From positions 1 through 24,450 of IMG/VR virus record IMGVR_UViG_3300037483_000059: a DNA stretch of 24,450 nt; one strand, given 5' to 3'. The position numbers and the translations under genes are program-made. This stretch comes from a virus (lineage: Duplodnaviria; Caudoviricetes). The notes below the pieces were generated by a model that had not been told where the DNA came from, searched no databases, and saw only the letters and a list, made by a program, of their open reading frames with translations. How positions within the stretch are numbered: the stretch's first letter is position 1; each line of letters starts with the position of its first letter. Below, one piece after another: positions 16,838-24,226 of the stretch.

Positions 16838-18223
16838 TCACACCACGTACAGCTTCGAGCCCTTGCCGTAGTACCGGCGCAGATTCGGTAGCATTTCCTT
16901 CAGCTCTTTCTGGTATTCGATGATCCGAGCACCATATCCAGAATTGGTCGCTGAAGACGTAGTGTTGACGTTCTGGTTCAGCCCTGGCACAGAGATCGAG
17001 AACGACGCGATGCCTGCTCCAGCGATCAAATCGCCAGCAATGTTCAGCACGCCAATCGACGCGTGCATGCCGATTGCATGCTTGAGATCAGGCGGCAGCT
17101 GACCGGGCAAGAACCCAGCCTTGTACGTGAACCGCCAGATCCCCGGCACCCGCCCGAAAGCCCCAGACCACATGGGCAGCAGATTACCAGGGATCAGCAA
17201 CGCATCCGTCAGGTTGCCTTGACCTGGCACAATCTGGATGACGCCTGATTGGCCCTCATCTTCGACCACGATCCATTGATTGTCGATCGCGACACTAGCG
17301 TCCTGTGAAGGGTACTGGAACGCGACAGCCACAGCTTCCTGTCCGGTCCCTGATGCAGGCGTCCCGTCAGGAATGACGATCGGATAATGCCGCAGCTGGA
17401 AATACCCCCAGTGGCTGTAGTCCACGGCGTAATGATCGTGCAGCTCATTTGTGATCTGCTTTGCGACGAGATCGATATCCAGCTCCTTCTCCAGCCAATC
17501 GATCGCAGCCGTGATGTAGTGGCGGAGCATACGCGCGGGAAACTCGTTACCCTCATCGTCTGTGAGATCGACGCCGAACAGGTACAGCTCTTCCAGCTCC
17601 TTCACCGTCAGCAGCAACGCGTCTTCGGAGTCGTTCCCCAGGATTGCCGGGCTGGGCTGGCTCTCGTCGCCGCTCACCGAATCCACGAAGTACGCGCGAA
17701 AGTGATCGGTGATCGGACCGTCAACTGTTGAAACGTAGAAAGCTACGTCATTTTCCAGCTGGATTGGGAAGCCCTCATCGACCCAGGGGCCGGCGGGCCC
17801 AGCATCCGACCTGGCGACCTGGATACCGTCGAAACGCTCCAGCACTGTTCCAATCGGATCTGCCTTGATCGTGAGATCGATCTTTGTGTCGCCTGCAGGA
17901 TCCACATAGTCAACAGCAGACTGCAGATCAGGGACCAGCCCGAGGAGATCGAACCGGACGGACGCAACAGCCGGTGCACGGAACACCCGGTTGTACCCGA
18001 TCACGGGGATTTCCAGCAGGTACTGAAATCCCACGACAACAGTAGCCGTAAAATCGCCTGTGCCGTCCGTCTGGACCTCGACAGCCTGTAGGGCTATCCC
18101 GACACCCCCGATGGCTTCCTCGCCGCCAGGAGGAGGCGCCTGGGGCGAAATACGCACAATCGCACCAACCACGGGTGAGCTATCCGCCGTCTGGATAGTC
18201 CCGGTGATGTCAACCGTTGCCAT
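16838..18223 (-). CDS. Head-tail adaptor protein with about 200-aa N-terminal beta-sandwich extension (461 aa)
   Basis: C-terminal YLFGVDL...YITAAIDWLEKELDI...YKAGF...LPPDLKHAIG...GIASFSISVPGLNQ...SSATNSGYGARI is typical of SPO1/Twort-like adaptors; CAGGAG RBS. Confidence 0.78.
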   Translation of the reverse strand: MATVDITGTIQTADSSPVVGAIVRISPQAPPPGGEEAIGGVGIALQAVEVQTDGTGDFTATVVVGFQYLLEIPVIGYNRVFRAPAVASVRFDLLGLVPDLQSAVDYVDPAGDTKIDLTIKADPIGTVLERFDGIQVARSDAGPAGPWVDEGFPIQLENDVAFYVSTVDGPITDHFRAYFVDSVSGDESQPSPAILGNDSEDALLLTVKELEELYLFGVDLTDDEGNEFPARMLRHYITAAIDWLEKELDIDLVAKQITNELHDHYAVDYSHWGYFQLRHYPIVIPDGTPASGTGQEAVAVAFQYPSQDASVAIDNQWIVVEDEGQSGVIQIVPGQGNLTDALLIPGNLLPMWSGAFGRVPGIWRFTYKAGFLPGQLPPDLKHAIGMHASIGVLNIAGDLIAGAGIASFSISVPGLNQNVNTTSSATNSGYGARIIEYQKELKEMLPNLRRYYGKGSKLYVV

Positions 18224-18245
18224 TGGCGCTCCTGATCAGAACGCC

Positions 18246-18791
18246 TCAGCTTGCGTTCTGGAGACGGATGCCCTGAAGCAGCGCACGCGAAGCCGCGTTG
18301 GCTCCAGGGGCCCAGACCTTGAAGCGCATGCGCATTGCCTGGGGCTCGATCACGAATGACAGCTGCATGTCGCCTGTGACTGTCTGAGTCCAGACGCGAC
18401 GAACCACAGCTCCGGGGGTCACACGATCGTCGTGGTAATCGTACCAGTGGGCGTCACCGCCGCCCACGGGAGAGGACTGCGCGGCAATCGCCCACGAGGT
18501 TGCCGCGCCTTGCGTCAGCGTCAGGAGGAGGACAAGCCGCTCGTAGCCGACCGTCTTGATCTCGTCGCCCCACGTAGACGCGCCCTCGGTGGCAGGCAGC
18601 GCTGTCTGATCGCCTGATTCGATGGGCGTACCGGACACCGTGTGCGTCCAGTACGCGCTGTGAAGCCAGGAAGTCCTGTTGGGCAACCCCTCGATGTACG
18701 AGAGGCGCCGGACCTCATGCGAACGGAGATCAGGTGTCTGCGCGTTAGGTACGCGCTCGATGCCGCTGAATGTATTGATGGGCGCAGACAT
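18246..18791 (-). CDS. Hypothetical beta-rich protein, possible head decoration (181 aa)
   Basis: In-operon ORF with GGAG RBS; jelly-roll-like pattern (LVLLLTLT...W.D...MRMRFKVW). Confidence 0.65.
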   Translation of the reverse strand: MSAPINTFSGIERVPNAQTPDLRSHEVRRLSYIEGLPNRTSWLHSAYWTHTVSGTPIESGDQTALPATEGASTWGDEIKTVGYERLVLLLTLTQGAATSWAIAAQSSPVGGGDAHWYDYHDDRVTPGAVVRRVWTQTVTGDMQLSFVIEPQAMRMRFKVWAPGANAASRALLQGIRLQNAS

Positions 18792-18814
18792 ATGATCCCA
18801 CTCCTACTCTGATA

Positions 18815-19873
18815 CTACAGAGTCCAGGCCATCGCGTACACGAGAGTCACTGTGCCGTTGACGATCAGATCACACGGGGTGGCGCCAACGTCGTGATCTG
18901 CGTCGTCAACGAGGAAGTTCAGATACACGTCGACAGCGCTCGACGTACCATCAAACACCGTTGCTGCCTCTGTGGCAGTCGACACGCCTGTAGCGGTGGT
19001 AGCGCCGCCAACAGCCTGCGGCGTTGCCGTACTCGGGATCAGGTCTGCTTCCGTGCCGGACAATGTGTTGTTGTTCGACGCAACGACAGTCCCGAGCGCC
19101 CAGTCGCCATCCCAATCGTCATTGACACCGGCGCTGGACTTGGTGACAGCCAGATCGGCCACCGCCCCCAAGAATACAACGAGCCCTGGAATCAGATCAA
19201 GGATCTTGAGGCCGCCGTGGGCCACTACGCCTGCCTCGTCCGTCAACGTGATCGGGGTGTTGGTGAATGTGACGAATACCCGGGAACTTCCCGGGACCTG
19301 CGAGATCGACACGCCGGTCCCATTCTCTGAGGCCAGCTCAACCTGCGCCTCCAGAGCATCCACCGCGGCTTGCGCGGCGTCGGCGTTGGCATCGACCTCG
19401 TTAATTGCGGGCTGAAGGCCCGTCTGATCGTCCGTGGTCAGGTTGGCCAGAACCGTGACCCCCACCTGCGCTTCAACGGCATCCACCGCGGCCTGCGCCG
19501 CATCAGCATTGGCATCAACCTCGTTGATCGCGGGCTGGAGACCAGTCTTGTCCGTGGTCGTCAGGTTGGCGAGAACCGTGATCCCAACCTGGGCCTCGAC
19601 AGCATCGACCGCTGCCTGTGCCGTATCAGCGTTCGCGTCGACTTCATTGATCGCGTCGACCAGCGAAGTCTTGTCAGTGGTCGTCAGGTTGGCCAGTGTC
19701 AACTCATCGCCGGCCAACGCCTGGAGGGCATCGATCTCTGTCTTCACCAGGTCTGCATAGGTGTTGAGCAACGCCGGTAGGTCGATACCCGGCTTCCTGT
19801 TGGAAAGGATCGGATCGTTGTCACGGACAACCCGAGACTGTTCGGCTGTGAGGATTTCGGTTGGGGCTGCCAT
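18815..19873 (-). CDS. Structural protein with triple coiled-coil repeat; putative head/neck fibre or decoration protein (352 aa)
   Basis: GGAGG RBS; three 41-aa repeats followed by a beta-rich globular C-terminus. Confidence 0.75.
   Translation of the reverse strand: MAAPTEILTAEQSRVVRDNDPILSNRKPGIDLPALLNTYADLVKTEIDALQALAGDELTLANLTTTDKTSLVDAINEVDANADTAQAAVDAVEAQVGITVLANLTTTDKTGLQPAINEVDANADAAQAAVDAVEAQVGVTVLANLTTDDQTGLQPAINEVDANADAAQAAVDALEAQVELASENGTGVSISQVPGSSRVFVTFTNTPITLTDEAGVVAHGGLKILDLIPGLVVFLGAVADLAVTKSSAGVNDDWDGDWALGTVVASNNNTLSGTEADLIPSTATPQAVGGATTATGVSTATEAATVFDGTSSAVDVYLNFLVDDADHDVGATPCDLIVNGTVTLVYAMAWTL
19340..19696 (-). repeat. Three tandem 123-bp (41-aa) repeats, LANLTTTDKTxLxxAINEVDANADxAQAAVDAVEAQVGxTV
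   Basis: aggttggc(c/g)ag anchors at 19440, 19563 and 19686 give a period of 123; protein copies are nearly identical. Confidence 0.93.
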
Positions 19874-19942
19874 TGATGCTTCCTCCGTTGAATTCGTGGA
19901 TTCGTCGTAACCCGAACAGCGCTAGCCGCGCGTCCGCGCTGT

Positions 19943-20623
19943 CTACTTCGATTCAGCCTCGACGATCGTGGCGAACAGCTTCGCTTTGCTCGTCTTGTGG
20001 GCGTTCGGGATCCCAAGCTCTTTAGCCAGCGCCAGGACATCAGCGCGGGCCATGGCGTCCAGCTGCGCCGTTCGGTCTTTGGTTTGGAACTTGGGCTGCG
20101 GCTGGTCGACCTTATGGACGCCCAAAGCCTCTTCTTCGGTGAAGCCCTTGGCCATCATGATCGCCGCTGCAAGGTCTTCATCGGCCATCCCATCATGCGG
20201 GATAGCGATCTTCTCCGCGACGCCCTCCATGAATTCCCGGCCTTGCTTCAGGAGGCGCTGACGTGCAGTTGTCGCCTTGTTCTCCGATGCCTGGAGATCG
20301 AATGCGTCCGGCGGGTCCGGCGGACCTGGGAGATCGGGCCCGTGGCTGCCGGACCCCCCGGACGCGCCCGCCGCCTTCTTCCCCGGTGCAGGCGGAGGAG
20401 GCGGAGGGAGCTTGGTGGTTCCAGCGATCGCGAATGCCGCTTGCCCGACGAATTCGCCGATATCGGATTTGCGGACGCCTGGTTCTGGCAGCGGAAAGCC
20501 TCCGCTGCTCATTTCGTGGAGCTGCATGGTGTCCGGATGGACGACGTACAGCACCCCTCCTGCAGCGACTTGTTCGCCGCGCAGGTGATTGAGAGCTGCC
20601 TTGACTACGATTCGATCTGACAT
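19943..20623 (-). CDS. Protein with C-terminal Rho-N/HeH-like helical domain and Pro/Gly-rich linker (226 aa)
   Basis: LDAMARADVLALAKELGIPNAHKTSKAKLFATIVE is Rho_N-like; PPPPPPAP linker; directly downstream of the MCP. Confidence 0.72.
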   Translation of the reverse strand: MSDRIVVKAALNHLRGEQVAAGGVLYVVHPDTMQLHEMSSGGFPLPEPGVRKSDIGEFVGQAAFAIAGTTKLPPPPPPAPGKKAAGASGGSGSHGPDLPGPPDPPDAFDLQASENKATTARQRLLKQGREFMEGVAEKIAIPHDGMADEDLAAAIMMAKGFTEEEALGVHKVDQPQPKFQTKDRTAQLDAMARADVLALAKELGIPNAHKTSKAKLFATIVEAESK

Positions 20624-20657
20624 TGGTGGTTCCCCACCGGGCTTTGGTTGTACAGTA

Positions 20658-20692
20658 AAGGCGGCGTTCCGCCCGATTCAGAACGCCGCCTT
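20658..20692 (-). terminator. Rho-independent terminator-like hairpin after the major capsid gene
   Basis: Perfect 12-bp stem aaggcggcgttc / gaacgccgcctt with an 11-nt loop, 14 nt after the MCP stop, ending in TTT-ACTGT on the minus strand. Confidence 0.75.
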
Positions 20693-20706
20693 CATCGAGG
20701 TATCGT

Positions 20707-22200
20707 CTACAGGGTAGCGATACCGGTATCGAGCTTGCCGACGTTGATGAACATGCCGGTCTGCCGCGGCTTCTGCAGCTGAAGGGCGCCGTACAGAATC
20801 TGCATCCAGCGGATCGACGTGTCGATCTGCGCAAGTGGCATCTTCATGAACGGAGCCAACTGCTTCCACTTGAGCACTTCGGCGCTCTGCGTCAGCATGT
20901 ACGACTTCGACGTATCCGGCAGGAACCGGTTCAAGTCCACGATCGTCTGCACAGCAGCAGAGCGCGCCACGCGGAAGATCGTCCGACAGGTGGACGCTGC
21001 GCCATCCTTGGCGGACCGGTAGACCTCGTAGTAGGTCGTATTCGGCCCGTTGTCAGTGACGCCGATCGACACCTGATCTCCGGACGACACCACCACTGTC
21101 GCGCTGGTCACGGGCGGCGACTTGCCCCGCGCCGACCCCGCCACGACCTTGTAGTAGTAGGTCCCTGCGTCGGTGGCTCCGAAGTAGCTCGTGTTCGCCC
21201 CTGCGTAGGCTGGGCTCGTCGGGGCCCCGAGAGTAGGCGCCGCCGGCCGGACTGACGCCTTGCCGACACCGGAAGCCGCCGGGGTCGTCGAATCGGGAAT
21301 GAAGATGTCGCCGTTCAGCTTGATCTCACCGAATGGAGTGAGGATCCGGCTCACCGCGATACCCGCCATGCCATTCGACGGGCCCGGCAGATCGTAGCGC
21401 TCCTTGGGGTACAGGATCTTGCTCAAATCCTTCAGCGGGCCGGTCGGCATCCACAGATCCGACGCGGAGCCGTAGTTGGGCTCGGCCTGAATCCGCTCGG
21501 TCAGATCGGTGATGAAGTCCTCGCTCAGCGGCGCCCCGCGCATGTCGATGACGTTGGGGTCCTCGTAGCCGAGGTACTGCCCGTCTTCCGCGACGGAGCT
21601 GTTGAACGCCTGGACCATCAGCTTTTCGATGCCGTCGAACTGGATGGGGATCATCCTCTCGTCCCCATTGAACAACGCGCGCTCGATCTGACGGAGCAGG
21701 AACAGGGTGCCGTTGACGGTCTCCCGTGCCACCGCGTCACCGTGGGCCGCCTTGATCACGGAAGCAACGTGGGTCACGCGCCGAGTGATGCCCATGAACT
21801 TGATCTTGGTGTACTGCCGGCTGTAGGTGCTGTCATCCTCTGCAGGTAGCCCGCCCTCTTCGAGCCACACCTGATCGCCGGACCCGTACGCATCGAGCCT
21901 GTTGAACTCCTCGACGGTGTTGTAGGCGGCGTCCTTGTACAGGACTTTCCAGAACTTGATGTCCGTCGCCTTGTACTGCGTGTTGAACAGCGTCTGATCG
22001 AGACTTTCCATCCGCAACGGGAAGCCCTCACCAGGGGCTGCGCCAGGGTTGTTGATGTCCCCGCCAGCCGTCAACGCCTTGTTCAACGCATCCACGTCGC
22101 CAGCGCTGGCATACCCGCCAGTCGCCACGTAGTCGTTGGTCAGCCCGCCCTGATTGACGAGCCCCGTGTAGTCACCCCAGGTGACGATATCGCCAGCCAT
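20707..22200 (-). CDS. Major capsid protein, SPO1/Twort/A511-like HK97 fold (497 aa)
   Basis: LNKALTAG...PLRMESLD N-terminus, AYNTVEEFNR, YSRQYTKIKFMGITRRVT, QFDGI, VIDMRGAPL, an inserted beta domain (GTYYYKVVA...YYEVYRS), and WKQLAPFMKMPLA...ILYGAL. Confidence 0.95.
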   Translation of the reverse strand: MAGDIVTWGDYTGLVNQGGLTNDYVATGGYASAGDVDALNKALTAGGDINNPGAAPGEGFPLRMESLDQTLFNTQYKATDIKFWKVLYKDAAYNTVEEFNRLDAYGSGDQVWLEEGGLPAEDDSTYSRQYTKIKFMGITRRVTHVASVIKAAHGDAVARETVNGTLFLLRQIERALFNGDERMIPIQFDGIEKLMVQAFNSSVAEDGQYLGYEDPNVIDMRGAPLSEDFITDLTERIQAEPNYGSASDLWMPTGPLKDLSKILYPKERYDLPGPSNGMAGIAVSRILTPFGEIKLNGDIFIPDSTTPAASGVGKASVRPAAPTLGAPTSPAYAGANTSYFGATDAGTYYYKVVAGSARGKSPPVTSATVVVSSGDQVSIGVTDNGPNTTYYEVYRSAKDGAASTCRTIFRVARSAAVQTIVDLNRFLPDTSKSYMLTQSAEVLKWKQLAPFMKMPLAQIDTSIRWMQILYGALQLQKPRQTGMFINVGKLDTGIATL

Positions 22201-22271
22201 TGTCGTTCTCTCTTGCTTGGTGTTCGTGTTGGGGCCTTTACGCCCGGTTGATCGTCGTGTAGGGGCTGCTG

Positions 22272-23243
22272 CTACGCAGTCTGACCCAGTTCGATACGGA
22301 TCGCTTCCTCAATGTTCTGAGGCAGCGCGAATCCGTTTTCGATCAGGGCGCCCGCCTTGATCAGGCTGTCCACCGCCGCGCCATCGCCGCGCTCGTCGGC
22401 CTTGGCCAGCAGGGACCGGATACCCGCGGTGACCTGGCTCTTGGAGAGGTTGGCGCCAGTGTTCTGCGCACTGCCCATTGCGCCGCCTCCCGCGGCCGAC
22501 TTGGCGATGTTGCGGTCCACGACCGCACCCCGCGGGTGATTGCCCACGCTCCGCTGCCGCTGGGGCGCGGATTCGACGATCTTGAGGCGATCCGCCAGAG
22601 CATCGATCACAGTCATGCTCTTGTTCAACGCTTCGCCGAGCTTCACGTTGTGCTCGACCAGACCGCGCAACAGCCCTCCCTGGGCCTTGACCAGCTGCCG
22701 GGTGGCCTGGGAGTCGTCCAGGTGTTCACGGTGGAGGTTGTCCATCGTCGCCTCGACGCCCTCCACGAGGCTCTTGAGGAAATCGTTGCCGTTGATCAGC
22801 TGCTCGGAGATGTCACTGCTCTCGGCAACATGCTGCGCGATCGGCTTACGGCGGGCAGTCGCGCTCTTGGCCAGGTCCTCGCTGCCAGTACCGGACCACA
22901 GGCGCCCCAGCTCCGACTTCTCCAGGTTCGTGATCGTGCCGGCGTGGAGGCGCTGTTCGAGCCAATCCTTGCGGCTTCCGGAGTCCGCGAGGGCTTCGTC
23001 GATGGCGTCGTAGGCTTCGAGGCTCTTCACCAGGTCAGCGGTATTGATCTCCGCCTTTTCGGTGTCGTCTTCGTCGTCATCGTCGTCGGCGTCGTCATCG
23101 TCGTCGGCCCCGAAGACAGCCTTGTACGTGTCCTCGTCCTCGGGCTCCATGTTTCCGGCCTTGGCGGCCTTGGCGTAGTCCGCGTACGATCCGGCCCCGC
23201 CGGCCTTCTTATACTGCCCCACCGTCATCATCTTCGCGGCCAT
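22272..23243 (-). CDS. Putative scaffolding protein (323 aa)
   Basis: Between protease and MCP; poly-Asp tract, helical/coiled-coil sequence and many L-x-K-S/A motifs; GGAGG RBS and TAATG coupling. Confidence 0.75.
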   Translation of the reverse strand: MAAKMMTVGQYKKAGGAGSYADYAKAAKAGNMEPEDEDTYKAVFGADDDDDADDDDDEDDTEKAEINTADLVKSLEAYDAIDEALADSGSRKDWLEQRLHAGTITNLEKSELGRLWSGTGSEDLAKSATARRKPIAQHVAESSDISEQLINGNDFLKSLVEGVEATMDNLHREHLDDSQATRQLVKAQGGLLRGLVEHNVKLGEALNKSMTVIDALADRLKIVESAPQRQRSVGNHPRGAVVDRNIAKSAAGGGAMGSAQNTGANLSKSQVTAGIRSLLAKADERGDGAAVDSLIKAGALIENGFALPQNIEEAIRIELGQTA

Positions 23244-24112
23244 TACAGCCCTCCAGTTCGTGCTCGGTTTACGATTTCGTCGATCTCGCGTTCGGACAAA
23301 CCGGGACGCTGTGATCGGACGATAATTCGCGCCTCCGCCTTTGTCATTCGATCGTCAGGCGAAATGCGCTTGTACGCAGCGGACATCGCAGGAATCCATC
23401 CCGCCAATGCGTCCACTTCGGATAGAGGCTCCAACGGAAAGTCCTGATCGATGTCAGATTTGATCGCGTCTTCGTCCTCTTGTTCCTCTTCAGGGGCTGC
23501 GCCTGTATCGAGGCTTTCAGCTCGGAGAGGAAACCCGTCGCCAGGCGCTGCACCTGCGTTTTCGATCGACGATCCGGCCATCAGAGCCTTGGCCAGAGAC
23601 GCAACCTCGGTACCCGTGTTCACCGGGCAGTGCGTGATCGCGACGTTGCGCACCAGGGCTGTCATAATGCGCGTGGGCTTCGTCTTGTCGCGACGGCCAA
23701 CTTTGCCCTCAATCGAAAACCCAAGCTTCCGATCACCCGGGATCGTCGATGCTGTCGCTGCGTCGCACACCTCCCAGACCTTGCGCGCTTCGGTGGTATT
23801 CAGCAGGTACCCCTCTGCCCACCAACCGTTGTTCTCCGCAATTCTCCCGTTTGGGAGTTGCGATCCCTGCGAGACGTAGAACGCGTCTGTCGGGTAGCCC
23901 AGAACATCGCTAGTACGTTGCCCGTGGTTGTCGTTGTACCAGCCCTCTCGCAGGAAGGGCCGGAAGTCCAACCCCTCCTGCACGACCTCTTCCCCCTGCT
24001 TGTCGAGCTGATCCGTCGACACGATCCCACCGATCCGCATGGGGTATTCCCCTTCGGACTTCCACGCAGTCAACGCAGCGTGTACTCGGAATCTGTTACG
24101 ATCGGCAGTCAT
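23243..24112 (-). CDS. Prohead (capsid maturation) protease, HK97/U35-like serine protease (289 aa)
   Basis: IGGIVST..LDKQGEEVVQEGLDF, GWYNDNH (catalytic His candidate), LGFSIEG (catalytic Ser candidate), VAITHCPVN. Confidence 0.92.
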   Translation of the reverse strand: MTADRNRFRVHAALTAWKSEGEYPMRIGGIVSTDQLDKQGEEVVQEGLDFRPFLREGWYNDNHGQRTSDVLGYPTDAFYVSQGSQLPNGRIAENNGWWAEGYLLNTTEARKVWEVCDAATASTIPGDRKLGFSIEGKVGRRDKTKPTRIMTALVRNVAITHCPVNTGTEVASLAKALMAGSSIENAGAAPGDGFPLRAESLDTGAAPEEEQEDEDAIKSDIDQDFPLEPLSEVDALAGWIPAMSAAYKRISPDDRMTKAEARIIVRSQRPGLSEREIDEIVNRARTGGL

Positions 24113-24124
24113 TCCACAAACTCG

Positions 24125-24164
24125 AAAGGGGCGCCCGAAACAGATCGTCTCGGAGCACCCCTTT
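24125..24164 (-). terminator. Long GC-rich hairpin in the protease leader (terminator/attenuator candidate)
   Basis: Minus strand AAAGGGGUGC(U)CCGAGAC-gaucu-GUUUCGGGCGCCCCUUU forms about 17 bp with G-U pairs and one bulge, followed by CGAGUUUG. Confidence 0.6.
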
Positions 24165-24196
24165 TCAGCCGATGAACCGGCCAGGTCTTTGGAGGC

Positions 24197-24226
24197 AGCC
24201 TATCGGGCCGCCGCAAGCTGTGTCAA
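24197..24226 (-). promoter_or_regulatory. Sigma70/SigA-type promoter TTGACA-N18-TAGGCT
   Basis: Perfect -35 TTGACA at 24226-24221, 18-nt spacer, -10 TAGGCT at 24202-24197; intergenic and pointing into the head operon. Confidence 0.72.

Noticed and set aside
19340-19696. Repeats as a CRISPR array or DGR template/variable repeat
   Set aside because: In-frame coding repeats with synonymous divergence, no unique spacers, no adenine-specific variation and no reverse transcriptase nearby
19916-19942. ACAGCGC...GCGCTGT inverted repeat after the Rho-N gene
   Set aside because: Only a 7-bp stem with a 13-nt loop and no real U-tract; too weak to call a terminator
23066-23105. (tcg)n-like trinucleotide run
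   Set aside because: Simply encodes the poly-Asp tract of the scaffold protein
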